From a virus: a DNA stretch of 64,000 bases. Positions 36,955-46,341 of the stretch are shown in pieces. The DNA is taken from positions 1 through 64,000 of the IMG/VR virus record IMGVR_UViG_3300020221_000005; one strand, 5' to 3'. The notes below the pieces were generated by a model. That model had not been told where the DNA came from and searched no databases. It saw only the letters and a program-made list of their open reading frames with translations. Every line of letters begins with the position of its first letter. Position 1 is the first letter of the stretch. The position numbers and the translations under genes were made by a program.

Positions 36955-37194
36955 ATGAAAATGAAAATATCTGAATTAAAGTCTATTATAAGAGAATGTG
37001 TGCGTGAATATTTAACTGAGAATACTGATGAAGTAAGAAAAGGTACGGTTGAGTTAGAGGGAACTAATTATAATTACGAAGTTGTTGTGAAGGTGGATAT
37101 AAATTCTATTGAACCGGCTCCGTTGGACGCTGCGGATCGTGAAGCTATATCTGATATGATTGTTGCACAAATTTTGAGAGATGGAAAAAAATAG
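36955..37194 (+). CDS. small protein with MKISELKSIIRE leader
   Basis: TATTTAT at 36943. Confidence 0.7.
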   Translation: MKMKISELKSIIRECVREYLTENTDEVRKGTVELEGTNYNYEVVVKVDINSIEPAPLDAADREAISDMIVAQILRDGKK

Positions 37195-37224
37195 ATTTAG
37201 ATTAGGCTGTTCTTTGAATTTGAT

Positions 37225-37600
37225 GGGGATGTAATGGTTTCGACAATAGTTAGAGAGAGTATTTGGCACGTCGGGGATGATAGTTGGCCTCGTAAAGAAT
37301 CTATCAAGAAGATAAACGCTAAAAACGTAATCGCATATGACTTCATTCCTGTTGAGGAAGAAGTTCTTGTTGTGGCTTAATTATAAGTCACCCATAATTA
37401 GGATGATGCACAATAGTTTTAATTATGACATTATTGTGATTGGCATTAAAAAGTGATTTAAGTTAATGTTGAAATATAAATCTTAAGATAAACAACTTTT
37501 GAGTTTTAGAATTGTTTTTACGAAAATATTAAAAACTATAAGCGTGTAGTCAGGTAATTTGTATAATTATTGGACTCGGGTTCAACTCCCGACATCTCCA
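37225..37600 (+). ncRNA. ssrA: tmRNA; tag (A)AKNVIAYDFIPVEEEVLVVA* at 37318-37380; CCA not encoded
   Basis: GGGGATG..GGTTTCGAC 5' end; GGGTTCAACTCCC-GA-CATCTCC-A 3' end with G3.U70; PK1-like segment; ATAAAC|GCT resume site. Confidence 0.92.
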
Positions 37601-37661
37601 GAGCACAGTAGAATATCACCTTCACGTTGGTTGTGCTTGAGTAACGCCGAGAATATTCTGT
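37601..37661 (+). ncRNA. minimal HDV-like (theta-type) self-cleaving ribozyme abutting the tmRNA 3' end
   Basis: P1 GAGCACA/TGTGCTT with G1.U, P2 GTAGAATAT/ATATTCTGT, P3 ACC/GGT, L3 TTCACGTT, P1.1 TC/GA, J4/2 C-C-G-A. Confidence 0.75.
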
Positions 37662-37859
37662 ATTAGTTTAGATTTTACTTTAACGATCTTATTATTCCGT
37701 GGGCAAAGAATTTTAATTTTTGCCAATAATTTTTTTTATTTATTTTATTTAAAATAAGTTGGCAGGATATTCTTAGTATGCATATACTATGAAACAGAAT
37801 GTGAAGTATTCTTCTTTTCATAGGATACTCATTCATTCTGGTATAAATATTAAAAAAGT

Positions 37860-38126
37860 ATGAATAAGTTTATAAAATGTGAGTGTTATGGTCATTTATT
37901 GGAATTGGAATATGATCGTGAGTATAACCAGCATTATTTAACGGTTTGGAATTCTGGATTTAGTCGTAATCGATTAAGTTGGTTTAATCGTATTTGTTGG
38001 TGTTGGCAGATTTTGAAAACAGGAAATCCGTGGAATGATATGTTTATCATAAATGCGGCTGCGAAGAAAGAGATTGTGGAATTTCTTGGGCGGGATGTGA
38101 AGGATAAAATTTTATTGAAAGGTTAA
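37860..38126 (+). CDS. hypothetical protein
   Basis: ORF (KCECYGH..). Confidence 0.65.
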   Translation: MNKFIKCECYGHLLELEYDREYNQHYLTVWNSGFSRNRLSWFNRICWCWQILKTGNPWNDMFIINAAAKKEIVEFLGRDVKDKILLKG

Positions 38127-38297
38127 TTATGGATAATATTTACATGGAAGACGTTGATTATGCGATTGGTAATGAGGTTAAGTTAGAGAAGATCAAGCAA
38201 TTGATTATTGCATCGGACGGTGATAAAAAAGCGTTATTATTGGCGATTGAGAAGATTGTATTTGACAAGTAGAAAGTTAATGTTAGAGTGAGGTTGT

Positions 38298-38525
38298 ATG
38301 AGTGATACGAAAAAAAATACTAATAAAAAACAAAATCAGGGTAATAAGAGCAACGTTAATATTAAGAAGTATTGCGTTATTAGGGATGGTCATCGAGTAT
38401 CTGATCGAGATTATGATACTAAAGAGTTGGCGATTTCCGAGTATGATTATTGGAATCGGCTGACTTTGAATTGGGATCCTACGTCAAAGGTTTCGATTTC
38501 TGATCGGCATAATTTAAAAAAGTAA
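38298..38525 (+). CDS. hypothetical protein
   Basis: ORF after TTGACA promoter; hairpin terminator at ~38546-38577. Confidence 0.65.
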   Translation: MSDTKKNTNKKQNQGNKSNVNIKKYCVIRDGHRVSDRDYDTKELAISEYDYWNRLTLNWDPTSKVSISDRHNLKK

Positions 38526-38631
38526 GCAAAGTAAAATTTATTTTGAGTCCGGCCTGATTTGGGTCGGATTTTTTTTTGCAATAATTCATTTAACGTATTT
38601 TTTTTAGATATTTATTATTGGTATTCATTTT

Positions 38632-38946
38632 ATGAATAAATTTAAATATACGCCGTTGATTTTACCATCGGATGACGAGCAGCTTCAAGCCTACATAAAA
38701 AATCATCGTTTAGTTTTATTGGAGAACGTAATTGAATCGATTAATCATTCGATTGATAAAAGTTTATCTGTCGTTGAAGTTTTCAAATTTGAGAATAGCG
38801 ATTTTATTGTTACGTTAGATCGTAAGAATTTTTTATGCAATATTAAAGAGATATATGATTATTGTATTGAAAATGAGCATTATGAGTTATGCAATAAAAT
38901 TAAAAAAATAAATGTAAGGTTAAACAACAAGTATGAAAAAACATAA
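38632..38946 (+). CDS. hypothetical protein with UvrB/C-like C-terminal motif
   Basis: ENEHYELCNKIK. Confidence 0.65.
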   Translation: MNKFKYTPLILPSDDEQLQAYIKNHRLVLLENVIESINHSIDKSLSVVEVFKFENSDFIVTLDRKNFLCNIKEIYDYCIENEHYELCNKIKKINVRLNNKYEKT

Positions 38947-39652
38947 ACTTATCGATCGTAGTTCACACGTTCATCAGGATAAAAAGATTTCATTAAAAAT
39001 AAACATAAAAGAACAGCAAATTTTAACTGACAAGCAGAAATTGTTTTTGGAATTGGCGTTAAATAAAGAAAGCAAGATAATTTTTGTTTCTGGTCCGGCT
39101 GGCACGAGCAAAACATATCTTGCGATATTGAGTGCGTTAAAGTTATTAAATGATCGTAAGGTTAGTGATTTGCTTTATATTAGAAGTGCGGTAGAGAGTA
39201 GTGATAGCAAGTTGGGTTTTTTACCTGGAGAAAGTCACGAAAAAATGGCGCCATATTTGCAACCATTGATTGACAAGCTTGAGGAATTTTTAAATAGAAG
39301 CGACATTGATTTTTTGCAAAAGAATGAACATATTGATTCTGTGCCGGTAGGATTTTTGCGTGGGTTGAATTGGAATGCTAAAGTTATTATTTCAGATGAG
39401 TCGCAGAACATGACTACTAAAGAATTGGTGACATTGGTAACCAGAGTTGGAGAGTTCAGCAAATTATTTATATTAGGTGATCCGGATCAATCTGATATTG
39501 GAAACAAGAGTGGGTTTAAAAAAATGATTGAATTGTTTTCGGATGAAGATAGTCGAGAAAACGGAGTATATACTTTTGAATTTACTGAGGATGACATTGT
39601 TAGGTCTAAACTGGTTAAATTTTTAATTAAAAAAATGAAAAAGATGGGTTAA
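38933..39652 (+). CDS. phoH: PhoH-family ATPase
   Basis: GPAGTSKT, LGFLPG, FLRG, DESQN, TRVGE, GDPDQSD, DIVRS. Confidence 0.92.
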   Translation: MKKHKLIDRSSHVHQDKKISLKINIKEQQILTDKQKLFLELALNKESKIIFVSGPAGTSKTYLAILSALKLLNDRKVSDLLYIRSAVESSDSKLGFLPGESHEKMAPYLQPLIDKLEEFLNRSDIDFLQKNEHIDSVPVGFLRGLNWNAKVIISDESQNMTTKELVTLVTRVGEFSKLFILGDPDQSDIGNKSGFKKMIELFSDEDSRENGVYTFEFTEDDIVRSKLVKFLIKKMKKMG

Positions 39653-39673
39653 AGACTATTTATCTTCTGATAT

Positions 39674-41485
39674 ATGTCTAATAAAAAAATTACTGAATTG
39701 ACTCCAATGACGTCTGGAAGTCTTGATCCTCAGGACTTATTAGTGGTGGTAGATAGAAGCTTCTCTGAGACCAAAAACATGAGCATACATGAGTTTTCTG
39801 GATATTTGTCCAAAAAAGTCATACCCGAAGAAGCCGTTCACGCATTAAATGCGGAATCGGCTGAAATTTCTACTGTGTCAGAAAGAGCATTTATAGCAGA
39901 CAGTGCTTTAACAGCAAACACCGCGTCTTTTTCTGATAAAGCGGAACTATCTAGTGTGGCAGAGGTCGGCGGAACTCCTTTTAATTCGTTCCTCATACGT
40001 TCTTATACAACGCAAAACAGAGACGCTTTGCAGTTCACCACCAAAAACGGAAGTATTATATATAATTCCGATACATCGGCATTTCAAGTGTTTGAAGGTG
40101 GTGTGTGGAAAAATTTAATAGTTAATTCTGCTGGAGATGGTAATTTTACCAATTTAACGGCGAGCAACATTCTTGCAATCAGTGCAATCAGTGGCAGTAC
40201 GTTGCATGGCACCACATCGATCACGTCGCCGATAGGCAACTTCACCAACCTTACATCGAACAATCTTACAGCGAACAATATTACATCTCCAACCGAAGCC
40301 TACGAAGCACGTATTGGAAATCCAAACCAAATAGCTCAGTTTCTTTATAGAAAAAATCAACCAAATTTTCTTAATGATAATCAAATAAATGCACTTGATT
40401 ACTCATATGCGTCAGTTGTAATAGCAGCAACTGGCTCTGAAAATCTTGGAGGATTAAATATGGCGTTGGCAATTGGCGGAACCAGACGTGCAAAAAACGT
40501 GTTTCAGACAACCGGCGAATTAGGATTTCACATATTTGATAAAGCTGATCAAAAATTATCACAAAGCTTGATTGCATCTATAGGAGCATTTGCCGAATCT
40601 ACTGCTAGTGGAGACAGAGGTGGAAATTTGGCATTTTTTACGGTAAAATCTGGATCCAATAACAATTCTCCAAAAGAAGCAAGAGTCGTAATTACACATG
40701 ATGGAAAATTTGGAGTGGGAATAGTTCCAACAGCGTCAATGGGCGTGTGCACAATAAGAGGAGACTCGTCCGTATTTAATGTTTTATCCAGCAGTGTGTT
40801 ACACGTAATTAAACATGATGCGGAGTTGGGATTTGACGCGGGAATTTATATCTCGTCAAATCCCCATAATCAAAACGCAGGAAGAGGTGGAGGTATTACA
40901 TTTCAAAATTCCGATGTTTGTACTGCAGGTATTTATGGTTTAAGAACCTGCGGGCAGACGGGTGGACCTACCAATTGTTGGGGTAGCGCATTATCATTTT
41001 ACACACATAATGACGTGGACTATAACGTATTTAACAGTACATTTACTGAAAAGATGCGTATCAATCATAAGGGTGATGTTAATATTCATAGTGGAAGTCT
41101 CAATGTCAATAGTGGAAGTCTCAATGTTAATGGTCAAATTGCAGGAAAATTTTTCACCTTGCCTGGTACGTTTGGCAATGCAAGCGTAACAACCGCTTCA
41201 GTTACAGCTTCTACTAATAGTGTGTTACAAATGACTGTAAGCGGCACATTTGCTATAATGATAACTTCTTCTGCGATTCCTTCGGCTGGCTCAAATTTTA
41301 CTTTAATTTTAAACCATACTAGTCCTGGTTATACTGGAGCAATTACATTTTCGGCAGGTCAATTTGCTACCGGCAGTAACTACGTTCCTACGTCAACTTT
41401 AGTCAGACGTTCTGTTTTTGTTTTCGTTTCTGATGGATCCAAGCTTCTTGAATGTTCTAGAAATACGGGTATTACTTCTTCCTGA
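39674..41485 (+). CDS. tail fibre-like virion protein
   Basis: KKITEL..DLLVVVD N-terminus; GSIIYNSDT..F; GKFGVG; EKMRINHKG beta-rich repeats. Confidence 0.7.
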   Translation: MSNKKITELTPMTSGSLDPQDLLVVVDRSFSETKNMSIHEFSGYLSKKVIPEEAVHALNAESAEISTVSERAFIADSALTANTASFSDKAELSSVAEVGGTPFNSFLIRSYTTQNRDALQFTTKNGSIIYNSDTSAFQVFEGGVWKNLIVNSAGDGNFTNLTASNILAISAISGSTLHGTTSITSPIGNFTNLTSNNLTANNITSPTEAYEARIGNPNQIAQFLYRKNQPNFLNDNQINALDYSYASVVIAATGSENLGGLNMALAIGGTRRAKNVFQTTGELGFHIFDKADQKLSQSLIASIGAFAESTASGDRGGNLAFFTVKSGSNNNSPKEARVVITHDGKFGVGIVPTASMGVCTIRGDSSVFNVLSSSVLHVIKHDAELGFDAGIYISSNPHNQNAGRGGGITFQNSDVCTAGIYGLRTCGQTGGPTNCWGSALSFYTHNDVDYNVFNSTFTEKMRINHKGDVNIHSGSLNVNSGSLNVNGQIAGKFFTLPGTFGNASVTTASVTASTNSVLQMTVSGTFAIMITSSAIPSAGSNFTLILNHTSPGYTGAITFSAGQFATGSNYVPTSTLVRRSVFVFVSDGSKLLECSRNTGITSS

Positions 41486-41689
41486 TTAAGTCTTGATAAT
41501 AATTTGTATGGATTCTAACAATAAAAGTATAGATGATCTTTTAGAAGAAATTTTAAAAATTTCATTTGAGAAGGCAAAGAATGGAGACGTTGATTTTGCT
41601 AAAATTAATGAGTTGGCGTATATTATAAAGAAAAAGTTATTGTATTTAAAATAAGTTGAATAGTTATTGAATTGAGTTAATATGGGCGG

Positions 41690-42352
41690 ATGAAAGAATA
41701 TACTGAGGTTGAATTACAAACAAACTACGAAAATTTTTTATCTTTAATAAAGTCTTTATTTTCGGGAGAGAGACTTGAAAGGTTGTTATATTTATACGAT
41801 GAAGATCAGTTTGGATTGCGTTTGATTACCGCGCCGGCTTCTTCAAAGTTACATTTTCACAATGCATATATTGGTGGTTATTTGGATCATATTAATAATG
41901 TATATCGGGCGTCTTTGGGGGTAAAGAAGTTGTGGGAAGTGATGGGGGCTACGATAGATTTTACGGATGAGGAGTTGGCGTTTTCGGCGTTGCATCACGA
42001 TTTAGGAAAGTTGGGTGACAAGCAGCAGGGAGAGTATTATTTGCCACAGGATAACGATTGGTATATTAAAAATCGTGGTGAGGCATTTAAATTTAATTCA
42101 AATTTGCAATATATGGATGTTGCGGATAGGGCGTTATATATTTTGCAGCAATATCAAATTAAGTGTAGTTGGAGAGAAACTTTGGCTATAAAGTTGTCGG
42201 ATGGTTTATATAATGAGGCGAACACTTCTTATTTAAAGAATTACAATAATGATCATGATTTAAAAAGCAATCTTCCTAGAATTATTCACCATGCGGATTA
42301 TTTGGCGTGTAGGGTTGAATATGACGCGTGGAATTCTGTTAAAAATTCTTGA
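41690..42352 (+). CDS. HD-domain phosphohydrolase
   Basis: APAS..FHNAY.GG.LDH, LHHDLGK, IHHAD. Confidence 0.85.
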   Translation: MKEYTEVELQTNYENFLSLIKSLFSGERLERLLYLYDEDQFGLRLITAPASSKLHFHNAYIGGYLDHINNVYRASLGVKKLWEVMGATIDFTDEELAFSALHHDLGKLGDKQQGEYYLPQDNDWYIKNRGEAFKFNSNLQYMDVADRALYILQQYQIKCSWRETLAIKLSDGLYNEANTSYLKNYNNDHDLKSNLPRIIHHADYLACRVEYDAWNSVKNS

Positions 42353-42450
42353 TATAATATTATTTTGGTATATATGTATATATGTCAACACCTATGTTGG
42401 GTTGGCACAGATGTATATCCATGTGGAGTACATAAATAGAAAGATAAAAT

Positions 42451-42930
42451 ATGAATATTATAAAAAACAATCCGTTATTTCGTTACACATCTCGCGATGA
42501 ATTTTTGACACCCTTTGATAAAATCTTTGATGATTTTTATAAAGCTACTTCTCCGAATTTTGGCAAGGAATTTGGGGTAGATTTTTTTGAAAAGGGTGCA
42601 TATCCTAAGATAAATGTGACCGAGTACGAAAATTTGGTGATTATAGAGGCTGGTATTCCTGGTTTGACTAAAGCTGATATTAATGTGGAGATAGAAACGG
42701 GAGTGTTAACTATTACAGGAAATAAAGTTTCAAAAAATAACACAAACGATGTAATATGTAATTCGTATCGTGAATTAAAGCATAGTAGTTTTGTTCGTAG
42801 TTTTAGTTTGAGTGAAAATATTGATACTGATACAGTTGATGCGAAAGTTGAAAATGGGTTATTAACTATTGTGTTAAAAAAGTTAAAACCGACTAATATT
42901 TCCAACAAGAAAAAGGTTAATATTAGTTAA
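42451..42930 (+). CDS. Hsp20/alpha-crystallin small heat-shock protein
   Basis: YPKINVTE, IPGLTKADI, SFVRSFSL, AKVENGLLTI. Confidence 0.92.
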   Translation: MNIIKNNPLFRYTSRDEFLTPFDKIFDDFYKATSPNFGKEFGVDFFEKGAYPKINVTEYENLVIIEAGIPGLTKADINVEIETGVLTITGNKVSKNNTNDVICNSYRELKHSSFVRSFSLSENIDTDTVDAKVENGLLTIVLKKLKPTNISNKKKVNIS

Positions 42931-42953
42931 AAATAAAGGTTATATTTGACCTT

Positions 42954-42982
42954 TAACCCTCGATCAAATCGAGGGTTTTTTT
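42954..42982 (+). terminator. intrinsic terminator
   Basis: AACCCTCGAT/ATCGAGGGTT + T run. Confidence 0.8.
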
Positions 42983-43004
42983 ATTTTTACACTATTTATA
43001 AAAT

Positions 43005-43805
43005 ATGAATAAGTTTAATTTTAAAAATTTGGTAGGAATTACTTCATTATTTATTGCTGCGTGTGCGGCATATTTTTCTATAATTGGAATTGCGATGTTA
43101 TTTTCTGGTTCTAAACAATCGGCTATAATCATGGCATTTTCGTTAGAGTTAGGTAAATTAGTAGCGACGAGTTATTTATTTAGATATTGGCAAGACACAC
43201 GCCGGCTTTTAAAGTTTTATTTAACACTGAGTGTTATTGTATTAATGTTTATAACGTCATTGGGTATCTTTGGTTATTTAAGTGCATCGTATCAACGGTC
43301 TTCGTTGGCAGATAAGGCTAACGAGGAAAAAATTCAAATATATGAATCTAAGAAAACCTCATATGTTGATAAAATTTCACAATCGAAATCGAGAATAAAA
43401 AGTCTTGAAGATTTGCGGATCTCACAGGAACGTAGATTGAGTGAGGCGATGACGAATATATTTATAGCTAGAAATCCTATTCAGCTACAGGAGATACAGT
43501 CTCAAACGGTGGAGTTAATTTCTAGCAACGAAAAAAGTATTGAGGGAGAAAACAAAAAAATTCAAGATGCCAACGATGAAATTTTTAAGTTAAATGAGAC
43601 TATTAATCAGTTTAAATTATCGGGAAGAGAACAAAGTGATATAATTACCTTTAAATTTGTGGCAGATGAATTTAATTTAACGATGGATAGAGTAGTAAAG
43701 TGGTTTATTTCTATATTAATATCAGTTTTTGATCCGTTGGCTATTTGTTTGTTATTGGCGTATAACAACATTATATTTTTGGAAGACAAAAAAAAAATAA
43801 TATAG
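43005..43805 (+). CDS. membrane protein with coiled coil (conserved in large phages)
   Basis: AAYFSIIG, LELGKLV, ITSLGIFGYLS, VFDPLAI. Confidence 0.75.
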   Translation: MNKFNFKNLVGITSLFIAACAAYFSIIGIAMLFSGSKQSAIIMAFSLELGKLVATSYLFRYWQDTRRLLKFYLTLSVIVLMFITSLGIFGYLSASYQRSSLADKANEEKIQIYESKKTSYVDKISQSKSRIKSLEDLRISQERRLSEAMTNIFIARNPIQLQEIQSQTVELISSNEKSIEGENKKIQDANDEIFKLNETINQFKLSGREQSDIITFKFVADEFNLTMDRVVKWFISILISVFDPLAICLLLAYNNIIFLEDKKKII

Positions 43806-44110
43806 TTGGAGAGAAAATTATTGACAATAAAAGTTTACATAATACTGTAGGAAGAAATCTGAATGCGTCTAATGCTAAATATAAAAACGTTAGAAAGCAT
43901 GATATTTTTTCTAGATTGTTTAGAAATAATTGATTTTGGAAAAAGATTTTAATATATAGTTTATATTATGGGTGATGAAAATATAACTGAGGTTTTAAGA
44001 TTATTAAAGAAATCAATCAAAACAAAAGATTGGGAGTATGTTTTGGAGTCGATAGACTATCTAGAAGAATATGTCGAAGACGATTCAGACGATGAAAAAT
44101 ACTAATTTAA

Positions 44111-44392
44111 ATGGATCATATTTTACTTATATTGTTTATAATTTCTTTAATTGGAAATATTATATTATTTAAGTTATTTCGTATAAATTTAACTAAAGTG
44201 GATATTTACGAAGCTTGGATTTTAGGATATAAAAATCAAATTGAAGAAACGTATCAGGCGTTAAAATTTGTAGATGAAAAACAAATATTTGAAAAAGATG
44301 ATGAAGTTGGTTTTGTATTTTCTGACATATTGAAAATTATCAAAGATTTAAGGACTAAAATTTATGAAGAAGAAACTACTAAAGAAGAATAA
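44111..44392 (+). CDS. small membrane-anchored protein
   Basis: N-terminal TM, FEKDDEVG. Confidence 0.65.
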   Translation: MDHILLILFIISLIGNIILFKLFRINLTKVDIYEAWILGYKNQIEETYQALKFVDEKQIFEKDDEVGFVFSDILKIIKDLRTKIYEEETTKEE

Positions 44393-45227
44393 AATGCGAA
44401 AAGTGCGTAAAATAAGTAAACCCAAGTCTTTTTTAAAATCAAAAAAGTTTTTTAAAAAACAAAATAAAATAAAAAAAATTAAGGTGATAAATATAACCGA
44501 CTCAGTTAGTTCTAACAATATTAAGCCGGTCGAAGTTGTTAGAAAACGTTCAGGAAAAGGAAAAATGTATTTTACAAAAGAAACTGAGGATGCAATTATT
44601 TCTTACAACAACGAGGTTGACGATCTTATAAAAAATCAAATTTTTGAGACTAAGATAAAATTTGCTTTGGAAAAATTGGTAGAGAATATATTTAATACTT
44701 TTAAATTTACGTATTTTGATGTAGGTCCGTTAGAAGTACAAAAAGAAACTTTATCTCATCTTGTAGCAAATCTGCATAAGTATGAATCTGGAAAAGGAAA
44801 AGCTTTTGCATATTTTAGTATAATAGCAAAAAACTATTTAATTTTTCATAATAATACCAATTACAAGCGATATAATCAACATGTAGATATTAGCGAAGAA
44901 AATGAAGAAAACACGGTAAGATTACAATCTGAAGATTCTCACTATAAAAATGTAGAGACACAACAGTTTATAAAGATGATGGTAGAATATTGGGAAAAAA
45001 ATTTAAATGATATTTTTTCTAAAAAAAGAGATTTGAAAATTGCGGAAGCCGTTGTGGAGTTATTTAGAAATAGTGATCGAATAGATTATTTCAATAAAAA
45101 AGCATTATATCTTTATATTAGAGAAATTTCTTCTTGCAAAACGCAGCAGATAACCAAAGTAATTAATAAAATGAAAGAGTATCAAGATAAAATAACGAGG
45201 TTATATATGGAACATGGAAAAATTTGA
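44364..45227 (+). CDS. phage sigma factor, gp55-like (late transcription)
   Basis: MYFTKETEDAI, LHKYESGKGKAFAYFSIIAKN resembling the gp55 region-2 AFAYF motif. Confidence 0.7.
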   Translation: MKKKLLKKNKMRKVRKISKPKSFLKSKKFFKKQNKIKKIKVINITDSVSSNNIKPVEVVRKRSGKGKMYFTKETEDAIISYNNEVDDLIKNQIFETKIKFALEKLVENIFNTFKFTYFDVGPLEVQKETLSHLVANLHKYESGKGKAFAYFSIIAKNYLIFHNNTNYKRYNQHVDISEENEENTVRLQSEDSHYKNVETQQFIKMMVEYWEKNLNDIFSKKRDLKIAEAVVELFRNSDRIDYFNKKALYLYIREISSCKTQQITKVINKMKEYQDKITRLYMEHGKI

Positions 45228-45942
45228 TAATAAGTATTACGCTTATCAACTTGTCGATTCTTCTGACGGCAAGACTTTTTATGTTGGTAAAGGTTGTAAG
45301 AACCGAATGTATAAACATGAAAAGGATGTTAGATTAGGAAAAATTCCCAATAAAACAAATTATAAATTATATTATAAAATAAAAAAATTAATTGACGAAA
45401 ACATTCCTATATTGTACGAAAAATTAACCGAAAATGTTAATGAGTTAGAAGCTTTAGCCTTAGAATCTGCATTTATAGAATATTATGGAATAGAGAATTT
45501 ATGTAATTATTTCAAAAGTTGGTCAGGAAAATCTTTCAGAAGCGAACAGACTAGAAAAAAACAAAGTTTGGCGAATAAAGGACCAAACTCTTATATGTAT
45601 GGCAAACCCAAAACGGCGGATCAAACTTTAAAAAATAAAATTGCTCACTTGGGAAAGAATAACTATAGATATATACATAAAAAGTATACATTTTATAATA
45701 AAAATCTTGATATATTAGAGACTTTAACTCCTTACGATTTTAGAAAAAAATATAACATAGATAGTGGCGGGTTACATTTATTTTTGAAAGGAAAACGTTT
45801 TTCTATAAAAGGCTGGACGTTAGGAATTCCACTGGAAGATATTGAAAAAAACCGAAGATCCAAAATAAGTAAAAAATTAAAAGGAAAGGCTAAAACTATA
45901 ACCCACCGTAAAAACTTATGGAAAAATCGAAAAAAAACTTGA
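45214..45942 (+). CDS. GIY-YIG homing endonuclease (NUMOD3-like segments), free-standing
   Basis: YAYQLVD..FYVGKG..RMYKH, LALE..I, N; SEQTRKKQS..KG..MYGK. Confidence 0.75.
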   Translation: MEKFDNKYYAYQLVDSSDGKTFYVGKGCKNRMYKHEKDVRLGKIPNKTNYKLYYKIKKLIDENIPILYEKLTENVNELEALALESAFIEYYGIENLCNYFKSWSGKSFRSEQTRKKQSLANKGPNSYMYGKPKTADQTLKNKIAHLGKNNYRYIHKKYTFYNKNLDILETLTPYDFRKKYNIDSGGLHLFLKGKRFSIKGWTLGIPLEDIEKNRRSKISKKLKGKAKTITHRKNLWKNRKKT

Positions 45943-45966
45943 TAATGTGATATATTTATAAACATC

Positions 45967-46341
45967 ATGGATTTACAAGATATTGAAATATATAAAGGAA
46001 AGTCATTTTCTTCTTTATGTAAAGAGATTGTGGTTAATCAAAACGAAAAAAAGGACCAGTTAGACGTATTAATTAGCGAACTGCGGGCTTTAATTAAGAC
46101 GGTTAATGATGCTATGATTATAGTTCCTTTAATTAAGGACTATATGGATGTGGGTGTAAAAAATGACGAACAGTTAGTTAAACTGGCGGCAGTTATTCAA
46201 AGAATATTATTAAGGCAAAATGAAAGTGGCGATGGATCAGTAGCCATGATAACTGATGCAGAAAGAGAAGAATTAATGCGAGAAGTGGAAAATATTAAAG
46301 CCGGACATAATAGTTCTATAAAAATTAAGGATATATCATGA
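45967..46341 (+). CDS. conserved hypothetical protein
   Basis: IYKGKSFSSL, VPLIKDYMDVGVKNDEQLVKLAAV. Confidence 0.7.
   Translation: MDLQDIEIYKGKSFSSLCKEIVVNQNEKKDQLDVLISELRALIKTVNDAMIIVPLIKDYMDVGVKNDEQLVKLAAVIQRILLRQNESGDGSVAMITDAEREELMREVENIKAGHNSSIKIKDIS

Noticed and set aside
45214-45942. Group I intron around the GIY-YIG gene
   Set aside because: Flanking genes look complete and there is no room for an intron core; treated as free-standing
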